NCBI RefSeq assembly: GCF_004010195.1
Contig: NC_057751.1
Span: 14,877,398-14,941,397, forward strand
DNA: 64,000 bases
Source of the DNA: Chiloscyllium plagiosum
Taxonomy: Eukaryota
Reading direction: 5' to 3'
Made by a program: the position numbers and the translations under genes. Positions 1 to 13,079 of this stretch are shown here, piece by piece (positions within the stretch are counted from its first letter, which is position 1; each line of letters begins with the position of its first letter). Below the pieces are notes generated by a model. It was given only the letters and a program-made list of their open reading frames with translations. It did no database searches and was not told the origin of the DNA.

Positions 1-448
1 AAAGAACCCACTGTACTCACTACTGCAGCCTTTCTCTTGGACAGACTTAAAACAACAATTAACTTATCTGATTCTGTGCTGTGAACTTCGCCCAACAGTT
101 CCTCCAAGATTAGTTGTGAATTTCACTGTTTGTTAATTTTCCCAGATGCACTCGATGTCCAGCGATACACGAATTCAAACAGCAAAGGCAGTAACTGTGC
201 AGGTTCTCTCTCTCTCTCTCCTGCACTGTCCTCACCATGTGCTTCCTTTGTCTGCTCTTCTCCCTTTTGAACTGCTGTTGTTCTGACTTTTTTTTTCCAA
301 AAGTTCCAAAACAATGCAACAGCATATAAAACAGTAATTGCTGCTCCTGGAATTCGAGGAAATCACCTCCAACACCTAAAATACCACAAAAAAACGAGCA
401 GCTCTTACAGCCAGAAATGTTTCCCATCCTCCATCTTGGATTACCCAG
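1..448 (-). mobile_element. Probable 5' end/UTR of a LINE continuing beyond the left edge
   Basis: Minus strand begins ctgggtaatccaagatggagg (YY1-like), resembling shark LINE 5' ends as recalled; no coding evidence within the window. Confidence 0.4.
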
Positions 449-659
449 TCTTTACCTTTTTCCCCAAACTGTCCCAAAGTCCACAAGTCATCTCCAGCTC
501 ACAATTCAAAAGTGATTAAAAAGAAGGAAAGTTTGTGAGGGTTCAAACAACAGCTTTACATTTTTCAGCTGATCAGAGAAATATATTATGGGTTTAGGAA
601 GGACAGTCATAGTTGACCAAGCTGACTGAATAATTTTGAAGCCAAGTCTAAAGTAATGT

Positions 660-810
660 TCAAGGAATGTCTATATATGTTGGTTGTTCCCATCAAATTC
701 CAGATAAAGAGACTCCCAAGAGATTGTTAGCTAATGTTGAATCGCATGGCATCAAAAGCAAATTCTTGACTTGGCTTGGAAGCAGAGTGAGCAGCTGGAG
801 ACAGAGTGAA
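660..810 (+). mobile_element. Old CR1 RT fragment, left part
   Basis: Degenerate DKxPxKRLLANVESHGIKSK..TWLG...RQ, a CR1 RT motif. Confidence 0.65.
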
Positions 811-816
811 GGAAGA

Positions 817-3630
817 ATAAGACCAAAAGATACAGGAACAGAAATTAGGCCAATCAGCCCATCGAATCTGCTCCACCATTCAATCATGGCTGATAAGTTT
901 CTCAACCCCATTCTCCTGCTTTCTCCACGTAACCTTTGATGGCCTTGAACCTATCTATCCCAGTCTTCTATCTACTCAATGACCTGGCCTCCATAGCCTT
1001 CTGTGGCAGTGAATTCCATAGATTCACCATTCTCAAACTGAAGAAGTTTCTCCTTATCTCTGTTCTCAAAGGTCTTCTCTTTACTCTAAGGTGATGTCCT
1101 TAGGTCCTAGTTTCTCCAACCAATGGAAACATCTTCCCAACATCCACTCTGTCCAGGCCATTCAGTATTCTGTATGTTTCAATTAGATCCTCCACATCCT
1201 TCTAAACTCCATTAAGTACAAACCCAGAGTCCTCAAACGTTGCTCATATGTTAAGCTTTTCATTCCTGGGACTATTCTCGTGAACCTCCTCTGAACACGC
1301 ACCAGGGCCAGTGCATCCTTCCTGAGACATGGGGCCCAAACCTATGCACAATACTCCAAATGTGGTCTGACCAGAGCCTTATAGAGCCAAAACATCCCAG
1401 CTTTTATATTCAAGTCCTCTCAAAATAAATGCCATCATTGCATTTGCCTTCCTAACTACTGACTCAACCTGCAAATTTATCTTGAGAGAATCCTGTACTA
1501 GAACTCCCAAGTCTCTTTGCACTTCAGACTTCTGAATTTTCTCCCCATTGAGAAAATAGTCCATGCTTCTATTCTTCCTACCAAAATGCATGACCTCACA
1601 CTTACCCACATTGTCCTCCATCTGCCACTTCTTTGCCCACTCTCCTCACCTATCTAAATCCTTCTGCAGCTTCCCTGCCTCCTCACTGCTCCTGTCTCTC
1701 TACCTGTCTTTGTCTGAAAATGTAGTCGGAATGCCCTCAGTTCCTTCATCTGGATTGTTAATGTATAAAGTGAAAAGTTGTGGTCTCAACACTGAGCCTT
1801 GTGGAACACCACTTGTCACTGGCTGTCATCCTGAGAAGGACCTTTCTATCCCCACTCTCTGCTTTCTGCCAGACTTCTATCTGCTCGCACCTTGTTTCTG
1901 ACACCATGGGTCCATATCTTACTCAGTAGCCTCCTGTGCGGCACCTTGTCAAAGACCTTCTTGAAGTCCAGAGAGATAGCATCCATTGGCTCTCCTTGGT
2001 CTAACCTGCTTGCTCCTTCCTCAAAGAATTCTAGCAGGTTTGTCACGGATGACTTCTCAAAGATGAAACCGTGCTGACTCTGCCCTATTTTACCAGACAC
2101 TTCCAAGTATTCAGAAATCTCATCCTTCACGATGGATTTCAAGATCTTATCCATGATTGATGTTAGGCTAATCAGTCCATAATTTTCCATCTTTTGCCTT
2201 ACTCCTTTTCTAAACAGGAGTGGCAGCTCATCGATCTTCCAGTCCTCTGGGACCCTCTATGGCTCTCGCGATTCCTGAAAGATGACCACTAATGCCTCCA
2301 CTATCTCTTCAGCTATCTCCCTTAGAGCTCTGGGGTGTAGTCCATCTGGTCCAGGTGATTTATCCACCTTCAGGCCATTTGGTTTTTCTAGAACCTTCTT
2401 CTTGCTCATGGCCACCATACTAAGCTCTGCCCCCTCACTCTCTTGAATTTTTGGGATATTACTTGTGTCTTCCACCATAAAGACTGTCACGAAGTAATTA
2501 TTCAGTTCCTCAGCCATTTCCTTGTTCCCCACTACCATCTCTCCAGCATCATTTTTCAACAGCCCAATGTCCACTTTTGCCCTTTATATATCTAAATAAA
2601 CTCTTCCAGAGTTCCTTTATATTACTGGCTTGGTTACCCCCATATTTAATCTTCTCCCTCCTTATTTCTTTTTTTGTTGCCCTCTGTTGGTCATGGTAAG
2701 TTCCCCAATCCTCTGGTTTCCCACTGCCCTTCCCCACATTACATGCTTTCTCTTTTGCTTTTACACTATCCCTGACTTCCCTCATCAGCCATGGTTGCCT
2801 CATCCTCCCTGTACCATGCTGCTTTTTCTTTGGGATGAATCTCTGCTGTGTCTCCTAAATTACTCCCAGAATCTCCTGCCATTGCTGTTCCCTTGTCTTT
2901 CCTGCTAGGCTCCTTTCCCAGTCAATTCTACCCAGCTCCTTTCTCATGCCTCTGTCGTTCTTTTTATTCAGCTGTAATACCGTAATCTTTGATTCTATCT
3001 TCTCCTTCTCAGATTGCAGAGCAAATTTAATCATATTATGATCATGCCTCCTTAGGGTAACATCACCTGAAGACTCCTTATCTATCTGCCTCATTGTACA
3101 ACACTAAATCCAGTGTTGCCTGTTCCTGCGTAAGCTCCACCACAAGCTGCTCCAAAAAGCTATCTCATAGACATTCCACAAATTCCTTTTCTTGCAATCC
3201 GCTACCAACCTGATTTTCCCAGTCCAGCTGGATATCGAAATCCCCCATGATCACTGTAAGTTTGCCTTTCTCACACACCTTTTCTATCTCCTAGTGTATC
3301 TTGCACCCCAGCTCCTGATTACTGTTTGATGGCCTGTGCATAACTCCCAACTATGTATTTTTTTATCTTTTGCGGTTCACCAATTCTACCCACATAGATT
3401 CTACACCATCTGACCCGACATCGTTTCTTACCATTGATTTAATTACATTTCTTTCTGATAAAGCAACCTCACCCCCTCTGCCCACCTGCCTATCTTTTCG
3501 ATAGGATGTTTGTCCTTGAATATTCAGCTCCCAATCCTGATCCTCTCGCAGCCATGTCTCTGTGATGCCTACCACCTGCCAATTTCAATCTGCGCCACAA
3601 ACCCATTTACCTTATTCCTTATACTGCAGG
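817..3630 (-). mobile_element. CR1 LINE, ORF2 endonuclease+RT remnants, frameshifted
   Basis: GITETWL..RKDR..GG (APE), NY.LISLTS..QHGF..LDFKKVFDKVPHRRLL (RT), KSPGPDGLHPR, KCEVMHFG; 3' tail near 817. Confidence 0.93.
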
Positions 3631-3639
3631 GACTCGAAT

Positions 3640-3900
3640 CAGCCGGATGTGATGAGTGGTGTCCCACAGGTAGTTAAGTTGCCTCGACTATTCACCCTGT
3701 CCATGACCTACATGATGGAATAAAAAGCCACATCTCCAAATTTGCTGATCACACAAAGCTAGGTGGCAATGTCATTAGAAGTGTAAAATTGCAAAGGGGT
3801 ATTAATAGTTTGAAAGGATGGGTAAAACTGTTGCAAAAATATTTCACTGTCAGCAAATATAAGCTCGCTCAGTTTGCATCTTATAAGAAAAAGTGGCAAT
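3640..3900 (+). mobile_element. Old CR1 RT fragment, right part
   Basis: SGVPQ and SKFADHTKLGG motifs continuing the 660-810 fragment. Confidence 0.65.
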
Positions 3901-4459
3901 GAGAAACGAGAAACTGTATACTGTTGGATTAGAATGATGTCCCCAGTGAAGTTCCTGGGCTGATGGGTGATTAAAAAAATGTTTCATAGTTGTGCTTACT
4001 GGCGTGGGAATGTGAGCAGCTTCAGAGAGACACTGTCGCATACTTAGTGGTTAACTCATGACACCACATGCCCAGTCATCAGGCCATGTCTCTACTGTCC
4101 TCGTGTCCCCATGCAATAGGCAATGAGTGCTGGGTGGTGTTCAGTGGACATTTGGCAGTAAGTGATTGCTGTTGGGCAATGAGGTGTGTATGGTGGGCTG
4201 TGGTCAGATCTGGAACATTTCTGTCCCTGCCAAAAGTTGGCATTTGACCACAAGTGCCAGTCAAAGTTTTGGCTTTCTGAATTAACCCTGTTACTCCCCA
4301 AAGCATGCCCACCATGATGTTTTTCCATTCAGTCAGGGAATGTGGGCTTCATGAGCTGGACCAGTATATATTGCCTATCTCTCGATGTCTTTGAGAAGGT
4401 GATGGTGAATTGCCTTTTTGAGCTGATGAAGTGGATCTGGTGCAGGTACATCTGCAGTG

Positions 4460-4982
4460 CTCTGAGGGAGAAAGTGACAAGTGCGCAAAGGTATACTCCC
4501 CAGCTGACTGGATGGTTGCAGCTCCAATAACATTCAAGAGGTTTGACACCATGCAGGACAAAGCAGTCCACTTGATTGCCATACCCAGCCACTATAGTTA
4601 ACATTCACTCCCCTTATCAGTGCACAATGGAAAAGTGTACAATCCACAGGATGCACTGCAATACCTCATCAACGCCTCTTCAACAGCACCATACTCTCTT
4701 CACTTAGATGAAAAAAATGACAACAGATACATAGGAACACCATCACTTGCGTGTTCCAAGCCAAGTCACACAAAATCCTGACTTGGAAATATATCACTGT
4801 TGCTTCAGTGGTTGCTCGGTCAAAATCCTGGAACGTCTTTTCTCACAACACTCTGAGTGTCCCAACATCACAGGGAATGCAGCGGCTCGTGAAGGCAGCT
4901 TACCATCACCTTCTTAAGGATAATTAAGAATGGGCAATAAATACTGGCTCAGCTAGTGACACCCCCATTCAATGAATGAACG
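4460..4982 (+). mobile_element. Non-LTR retrotransposon 3' fragment
   Basis: Degenerate C-terminal ORF and 3' tail gggcaataaatactggc...aatgaatgaa, a tail type also seen near 21010-21075 and 39165-39225. Confidence 0.6.
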
Positions 4983-5028
4983 TTTAAAAAGGCAGAATCT
5001 CAGAAAGTTCATGAAATAATGAACAAAC

Positions 5029-5314
5029 TTTTTATTTAATTTCAAAACTATACTTTATTCATAAAATACTTTGATGGTCTGTACAGTTGTACATGCCATA
5101 CATATGTAAACATTCCATTTGTTTGCATACTGAAACAGAGTAATCATTCCTATTTACAGGTCTGTACGATTACATTTTTAGCTGAGGTGTCAGCAGAGCC
5201 CAAATCACTGCGCGGGCCCCCTGTTCTTCGTTAGGCAGGCAGACGTTACACGGTGGTCTTTCCCCACCGCGCCTTGGCGGCAGCTGCCCCAAGCTTCAGC
5301 GCGTCCCTCAACAC
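5029..5314 (-). mobile_element. 5'-truncated Tx1/L1-group LINE 3' end with 22-bp TSD
   Basis: Minus frame VLRDALKLGAAAAKARWGKTTV-stop (5246-5248), AATAAA 5054-5059, A-rich tail; TSDs 5007-5028 and 5315-5336 (one mismatch). Confidence 0.85.
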
Positions 5315-5958
5315 GTTCATGAAGTAATGAACAAACAGCAGAAGTTGTGCATATGTTGAAACAATTCTTTTGTTTCACAATCTGCCAACTTTATTACTTC
5401 CTTTCTGTCACTGTATCTCTGTGTGAGTCGTTTGAACCTTGTTTCTTTCACTTCCTCTATTTTACTCTTTCCTCCTCTGTTCCTTTGTCCCTTGCTCTCC
5501 CTCCCCTTCTCTCCCTATTTTCCATGTGTGTGTGTGTGTTGATCTCAGTCTTTCTCTCCCTCCATCCTCCCTGATAATTGCTATTCATTGTACCGCTGTC
5601 AACCACTGAGATACCTTTGGCCAAAGCCAAAGTCGTTCTCCTGTGTATTTCTCAGTGGTCATACTCAGAAGGCCTTTTAACTGCTGCTCCTTCGTGCTGG
5701 GGATAATCACAGAGGAGAATCTTCATTTATTAAACACTTGACTCACACAGTAACCGTCTCCTAAACATTGTATACCTCCAGTGCGAGCTAAGTGTATGAG
5801 TTACAGTCTCTGTGACAGAGACTGTGGGCAGCCTGTAATATGTATGTGTCCAGGAAGGACCAGGAGCTTGCAGTAAACTGGAGCAATCAATAAAACACCC
5901 ACAATTGTTCTGCTGACGTAGTTTCCAGCAATCAGGCCTCATGCTTTTGAGATTTCTG

Positions 5959-6279
5959 ATTAGATTAGAGATTAGATTCCCAACAGTATGGAAACAGGCC
6001 CTTCAGCCCAACGAGTCCTCCGTAAAGTAACCTACCCAGATCCATTCCCCTACCCTACATTTACCCCTGACCAATGCACCTAACACTATGGGCAATTTAG
6101 AATGGCCAATTCACCCGAAACTGCACATCTTTTGAATTATGGGAGGAAACCGGAGCACCCGGAGGAAACACACGCAGGCTGTGAAAACTCCACAGAGACA
6201 GTCACCTGAGGCCAGAATCAAAACCAAGTCCCTAGCGTTGTGAGGCAGCAGTGCTAACCACTGAGCCACCGTGCCGCCC
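5959..6279 (-). mobile_element. HE1-type tRNA-derived V-SINE
   Basis: GGGCGGCACGGTGGCTCAGTGG head, V core GTTTCCTCCGGGTGCTCCGGTTTCCTCCCA, (AATCT)n tail. Confidence 0.9.
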
Positions 6280-6559
6280 ATGGTGAATGGGAGCTGTTCC
6301 CCTTCATCTCCCAAGGGTCTAGTTATTCGTCAAGTCTGATCATCGACCTAGACCTTCTGGGAGTTCATGAGTTAAATCCCCTGTGAGTTGCAGGATGTTT
6401 GAATGTGGTGTTCCTGTAAAACCACATGCTGAGTTATATTTATATATCAGCCATTGTGAAACAAAAATCCCCCCTCCCCAGGTCCGCATTCCCAATTGAT
6501 GTTGTACACTTTCGGTCATCCACCAGCTTGGTTTCATGTCTGTCTTGGCCAATGTGACT

Positions 6560-6745
6560 GACACACACACATACACACATACTCCCTCACATGCAATCCC
6601 TCACACACAGTCACTCTCACATAAACACACACACACTCAGTCCTTCACACACAGTCACTCTCACACAAACAAACACACACACTCTCAGTCCCCTCTCTCA
6701 CACACACACATGCAGTCACACATACACATTCAGCCCTCTCACAAA
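6560..6745. repeat. Degenerate CA-rich simple repeat
   Basis: Runs of cacaca interspersed with ctctc/cagtc. Confidence 0.9.
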
Positions 6746-7489
6746 CATCCCGTCTCTTCCACATTAACAATTACAAAAAGTGTAATTACATGCATACAAT
6801 TCCGAAAGATTCACGAGCCATTGAATATCATGCATTGCATTCATTGCACACTGTGGTGCAGACACAGAGCACACATCATTTTTTTGGAAGTCTTTTCAAT
6901 TTGCATGCATGATCCCAGTTTAAGCATCCTGACTGCTGTCCTTTTAATTCTCCCCCTTGTTCTTTCATTGACCTTTCGATTTTCAGTCTGCTGCAGTGTT
7001 CCAATATGATCTTGATGGGGGCACTTGGCAGCAGCCTTTGAGCTCAATGCTGAGTTCAACAATTCCAACTCCCGTTTCCTTAGACAGCAGCTCATGAAAG
7101 TTCATTGCCCTGAAAGGTTAGATCATGCTGCAGACAGTGACCTGCTGACTTGGTTGTCTTAAAGAGACACAATACTTGCATGAACTGGAAATATGATCTT
7201 GGTGCAGGGGAACGCCATTCGAACTGCGTTTCCTGTCTGCAGTAAAGAGTTCTTTAATGTGGTTTTCACTTCCTTATAACATATTTTGTCCGGACTTTCT
7301 GAAGTAGATTTTGCTGATCTGATCTTTTTGGTAACCCAGTCCGATTTGTAGAATAGATTTGACTTTAATGTCTGGTTGTCAGATGGGTAGCATCCTGAAG
7401 GACCCATCACTGTCACCATGCCATTTGTTTCACATCCCTTTGTCCCTGGCATTGACCTAAGCAATGGAAAAGACAATGGCAGAAACAGT

Positions 7490-8410
7490 TCTGTCGACCC
7501 TGCAAAGTCCTCTCTACTAATATCTGGGGGCTAGTGCCAAAACGGGGAGAACTGTCTCATGGACTAGTCAAGCAACTGCCTGACATAGTCATGCTCACAG
7601 AACCATACCTGACAACTGCCCAGATGTCACCATAACCATCACTGGATACATCCTGTCCCACTGATAGGGCAGACACAGCTGAGGTGGTGGAACAGTGGTA
7701 TGCAGACAGGAAGCAGTTACCCTGGAAGTCCTCAACATTGACTCCGGACCTCAAGAAATCACGGGGCTTCAGGTTAAAAATGAGCAAGGAATCCTCCTAC
7801 TGTTTACCACATACCGTCCTCCCTTAACTGATAAATCAGCGTTTGGAGGAAGCACAGAAATGGAGTATTTCAATGTCCACCACAAAAAGTGTCTCGGTAG
7901 CAATATGACTACTGATCAGGTCCTAAATGACATAGCTGCTCAACTCGGTCTGCAAAAGGCGCTAAGTGAACCAATAAAAGAGAAAAAACATGTTTGACCT
8001 CATCCTCACAAAGTTGCCACTGTAGATGCATCTGTCCATGATAGTATCAGTAAGAGTCACCATCGTGCAGCCAAAATCACGCCTTCACATTGAGAATATC
8101 AGTGATCATGCTGTGTGACACCAATGCCATACTAAATGGATAGACTTTGAATAGATTAGGCAACTCAAGAGCTGGCCATCTAAGAGGCGCTGCAGGCCAC
8201 CATTGTACTCAAGCACAATCTGAAACTTCATGGCCTGACATATACCCCACTCTTGCGTTCAACCATTCCCATCAAGCCAGGATTAACAACCATTGATCAA
8301 TGGAGCAGCACTCAGCATACCTGAAAATCAGGTGTCAACCTGATGAAGCTATCAAACAGGGCTCCTTGCATGCCATCAATGTCAAGCAGCAAGTGATAGA
8401 CAGAGCTCAA
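7490..8410 (+). mobile_element. Non-LTR retrotransposon APE-endonuclease fragment
   Basis: Degenerate NIWGLVPK.GELSH.LVKQLPDIVMLTEPYL, TTYRPP, FNVHH, DLILT motifs. Confidence 0.8.
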
Positions 8411-8412
8411 AA

Positions 8413-9241
8413 ATGTGTGTGAATGTGTGGAAGTGTAAAAATATGTGTGCACAGGTGAGTGAATGTGTGAGGGGGATGGGTAAGTGTGTGTGTGACAGTA
8501 TGTACAAAGGAGTGGAGAGATGATGTGTTTAAGTATGTGTGTGCATTCGGGAGAGAATATGTGACAATCTTTAAGTGTATGGTGTGTGTGTGAAAATGAG
8601 TGAGTGTGAGCATGTGAGATGACGTTTGTGGGGAAATATGTGAGTGTGTATGTATGTGTACACCTGTGTTAGTGTGTGTGAGTGTGAACATTTGCACTAA
8701 TACTTTGTAGTGTGTGGGAATTTATTGGCATGTGTGTGTGTGTTTGCATGATTGATTGTGAATGTGTGCATTTGTGCACAGCAGAGTGACTGAGTGTGTG
8801 CATGAGTGAATATATAAATATGAGTGTGCATGTATGAATGAGTGTGGGAGTGTGTGCACAAGTTTGTGAGTGTGAATATGTAAGTGTGAGAGCATATCTA
8901 TGTGTGAATGTCTGTGTTTATGAACGTGTGACTATTTGTATGTGTGAGTGTGAAAGTGTGCGTGCCAAAGTGTGTCTAAGTGTGTATAAATGGATGAATG
9001 TGAGAATATATTTGGGAGTGTGTGTGTTTGTGAGTGTGAGTGCGTGTATATGGGAGAGTATGTGCATTTTGGAGTGCATGTGTAAGTGAATGAATGTGTG
9101 TCAGAGTATATGTATGTGGAAGTGTGTATGGGAGTGTGCATGCGTATGAGTGAATATGTGAATGTGTGTGTGTATGCAAGTGTGAGAATGAATATATTAG
9201 TGTAAGCGAACATGTGAATGTGTGTGTGAATGTGTGTGTGT
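8413..9241. repeat. Long degenerate GT-rich low-complexity tract
   Basis: ~830 bp of gtgtgt/gagtgt/atgtgt; source of spurious His/Thr ORFs. Confidence 0.92.
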
Positions 9242-10539
9242 CCAGCACAGCAAGCAGCAGCGAGTTGTAAGGGATTATTTAGAGGTGAAGGACAATATTG
9301 GGTTTGTTAAACAGCCACGAGTCCAAACAGTAAAGAACAGAGAGTGGTTTGGCTGTGATGGGGTTAAACCAGATATTCCGACTCACTGATATAACTTGAC
9401 AGAGCCCTGGATGGGAGGGAGACCACAGTCTCTGAGTAGGGAGTGAGTCATACTTTCTCAGTCACCCTTTGTCTGAAAATCTTTTGGCAAGGCCCCCTCT
9501 GAGTGAATCGCAGAGGAAGGCTAATCTTCACCAGACAGCAGTCCGATCCTGTGGGAGAGGACACGAGGGCATAGTATCGCATCTGCATTTGAAATGTCAA
9601 CTCGCACTGGTCAATAATTACACTGTAAAACTCTCTAAACCGAAATGCCTGTCTGCAAGGGAGTGCTGGGTCTCAGAATTTTCTGGAGAATACAACAACA
9701 CTCAAATACCTTGCCACCAGATGTGACAGCCAACTACAAAGAAGTGCATGCGATGCAAGCCAATAACAATTACATTATAAAACAATGACAAAAACATTAG
9801 AAAACGCAGATTAAATCTTTCTTTGTCCCTAGTTATCCAAATCTTCCATGTTCCCATGACTAAAGTTAAACAGGTGAATGGAATTAGCTCGACCAATAGA
9901 CTAAGGGAAGTATTATATTTTCATCATTCGATTTACAACAGTGAACAATAACTGCACAGAATGAAAGCACCAACAGTGCGAGAGAAGAGGCTGTAATTTT
10001 AACTCCTCCCAGACTTTTCTCCCACCTGTTGTCTATCTCTGTCTCTGTCTCTCTCTCTCTATCTCCCACAGTCTTCTCTCAGAGACGGTTCCGAGTGATT
10101 CCTCCTTCAGAAGTGATATCCTCCTACCCCTCTGGATCACTCTGGGAGGACGTCAACCTGGACGCAATGAATTCAGAGCCAAGAGGAACAACCAGAAACT
10201 TTCCTGCTGTTGCTCACGGACGCAAGGCTGCAGCTGATGAGGATCACCTGGACCTGTTCAAGAGGAAGATCCAGCTGGTTTTTTTTTGCTGGATTTCTGG
10301 ACTGGAGAGGTCACGGTATGGCTTGAAATTCTGGAGGGGCAGTTTGTTGCGTCTGCAGCGTTGAATGAGCAGTGGACAGGGATGGTGGGAATAAGGGTTT
10401 TTAAAAGTCAGAGGGCACGTCCCTCCCTAGTACGCGATGGACCGCTCCTGCTGATGATGTCACAGACTGTTCCTGCCAATTGCTGACATCACTGAGCGGA
10501 TCAACCCATTTGCGAGGTGGGGTGATCATGGGGAAACCG

Positions 10540-10845
10540 TAAGACCATAACGTATCGGAGCAGAATTAGGCCATCTGGCCCATTGAGTCTGCTCCACCAT
10601 CTAATCAGGGCTGATATATTTCTCAGCCCCATTGTCCTGCCTTCTCCCCGTAGACCTTGATCCCCTTACGCATCACGAACCGATCTGTGTCCTAAATAGA
10701 CACAGTGACCTCGCCTCCACATCCTGCTGCAGCAATGAGTTCCACAGATTCGTCACCAGCCAGCTGAAGAAATTTCTCCTCATCTCGGTTCGAAAGGGTC
10801 ATCACTTCACTTGGAGGTTGTGCCCTTGGGTCCCAGTTTCTGTTG
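10540..10845 (-). mobile_element. CR1 3' end fragment
   Basis: Same tail as 817-1100 (agaattaggcc...tcagcccat.gagtctgctccacca). Confidence 0.8.
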
Positions 10846-11030
10846 GGGGGGGGGGTGGTTGGGTTGTGTTGGGGAGGAAGGGGGTCTTATGAAGGGATGG
10901 AAGCAGTGAGTGACAGAGGAAGGGTTCCCTCACCTAATTCATGGTGAGTCACAAGGACACAGCTCAAGTGGCTGCTTCTGTACACAGTACGATTCCATGA
11001 TGATGACTGATGATGACTGGACTAAAACCA

Positions 11031-11402
11031 TCATAGAATCCCTACAGTGTGGAGGCCGGCTATTTGGCCCATCAAGTCCACACTGACCCTCCAAAGAGCA
11101 TCCCACCCAAATCCACCTCCACCCCCCTCCCCTGCTATCCTATCCCTGTAACTCTGCATTTCCCATGACTAACCCAGCTAGCCTACACATCCCTAGATTT
11201 TATGGGTAATTTAAAAAGGCCAATTCAACTGACCTCCGCATCTTTGGACTGTGGGAGGAAACCAGAGCACCCAGAGGAAATCCAAACAGTCATGGGGAGA
11301 ATGTGCAAACTCCACACAGACAGCTACGCGAGGCTGGAATCAAACCAGGGTCTCTTGGGCTGTGAGGCAGCAGTGTTAAACACTGAGCCACCGTGCTGCC
11401 CC
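11031..11402 (-). mobile_element. HE1-type V-SINE
   Basis: Head gcagcacggtggctcagtg, V core, CR1-like tail. Confidence 0.85.
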
Positions 11403-12159
11403 AAGATGGTTTCATCATGCTGGTTGAGGGGTAGATGGTGAAAACAGGAGATCAGGGAGGACTCCCTTCTAGCTGTCCTCCTGATAGTGCTGTGCAATGT
11501 TTTGCAACTGCAACAACTTATATTTTGATGATGCATGGAAAATCCCAGCTGACACCAGGAAGATGAGGTGAAGATGGTAAAGCAGGGAGGTATACAGGAA
11601 CAATATAAAGGAAAGAGAGCAACGTGGAAAGAGTTCACCTGAGAGAACAGACAGCCTTGGTTCACGTCCCAACCAGCTATCAGAACCTCCCTGCACGATG
11701 AAACCTGTAATTTGAGATGTTCTGCTCTACTCTACATTGCTGTTCAAGGAATGGAAATTCCAAATTAAAGCAGCTCTTTATTCCTGTGGCCTAAGTATGT
11801 TTTGCTGCATTCTGAATCAGTACCTCATGTGTGTTTTCAGCAAATCAACACCCCCCCACCACACCCCCACTCCCGACCTCACAGCTGCCGGAGCTGACCA
11901 GACATCCTGCTCATCCCAGTGCTAAACCTCAGCGAATGAGGCTGGTTTTCTTCTTCCAATTGTTTGCTGAAATCTGCTTCAGCTGCTTATTCCTTATGCA
12001 TCTCCAACCACTGCCACCACCATCACCCTTGTCTTCATGTGATGATGCAGTAGCCTTTCCCTAAATGCATTTAAAGAGGGGGTCATTGCCAGTGCCTGCC
12101 CAGTACAGAATCGTGGATACTGCAATCCAAGAGAATTCACAGTGGAAGTGTCTCCAATA

Positions 12160-12447
12160 CAGTGGCTCAGTGGTTAGCACTGCTGTCTCACAGTACCAGG
12201 GTTTGATTCCAGCCTCGGGCAACTGTCTGTGTGGAGTTTGCACATTCTTCCTGTGTCTGGGTGCTCCGGTTTCCACCCACAGTCCAACGATGTGCAGGTC
12301 AGGTGAACTGGTCATGCTAAATTGCCCATATTGCTAGGTGCATTAGTCAGAGGGAAATGGTCGGGTTGGGTCACTCTTCGGAGGGTCGGTGTGTGGGCTG
12401 GTTGGGCTGAAGGGCCTGTTTCCACACTGTAGGGAATCTAACCTAAT
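12160..12447 (+). mobile_element. HE1-type V-SINE
   Basis: A box tggctcagtgg, B box ggtttgattcc, tail gggcctgtttccacactgtaggg. Confidence 0.85.
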
Positions 12448-13079
12448 ATGCACAGAAAATCCAGCACTGTATCGGGCTGTTCGGTCCAACATGTGTATGC
12501 TAGCATTAACGCTCTACACGGGCCTGCTCCCCAATCTCATTTTACCCAAGCGGCACATACTATTGCTTTTCTTTGAGTTGAGCTTCCCATTAAATGCATC
12601 TAATCTATTTCCCTCAGTTACACCCTGTGGCTCCACTCTCTGTCATACAGAAGTTTTTCCTGAAATTTTGCTTTGAATTTTCCGGTGACCACTTGATACT
12701 TATGGGCACTTAGTTTTGGTTTCCTCCTGACAAGTGTGGAAGCATCTTCTGGACATCCACTCTCACATTATTGTAAAAGTCTCCCTCTGATCACTCCACT
12801 TCAGTTGTTGCTTCTCTGGGGAAAAGAACCCCCAGCCTGTTCAGTATCTCCTGACAGTTTCTAACCTCTCAGTTCCAGTTTTGTCTTTATTTTAAAGAGG
12901 AATCTGCCATAACAGGAGTGTGTTTGCGGGACTGGGCCAAAGATCAGCCCTGAGGGGTTTGGCCAATTGCTGAAAGATTCATGACGCGGCTGACTGGTAC
13001 AGTATTCATGTGCATGGATTGCAGGAGCCTCCTTCGCTATTGGCTCTGGATAATAAAAGACAGAGAAATATCTTACAGC

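Noticed and set aside
6536..9248. His/Thr- and Cys/Val-rich ORFs
   Set aside because: Translations of CA/GT simple repeats.
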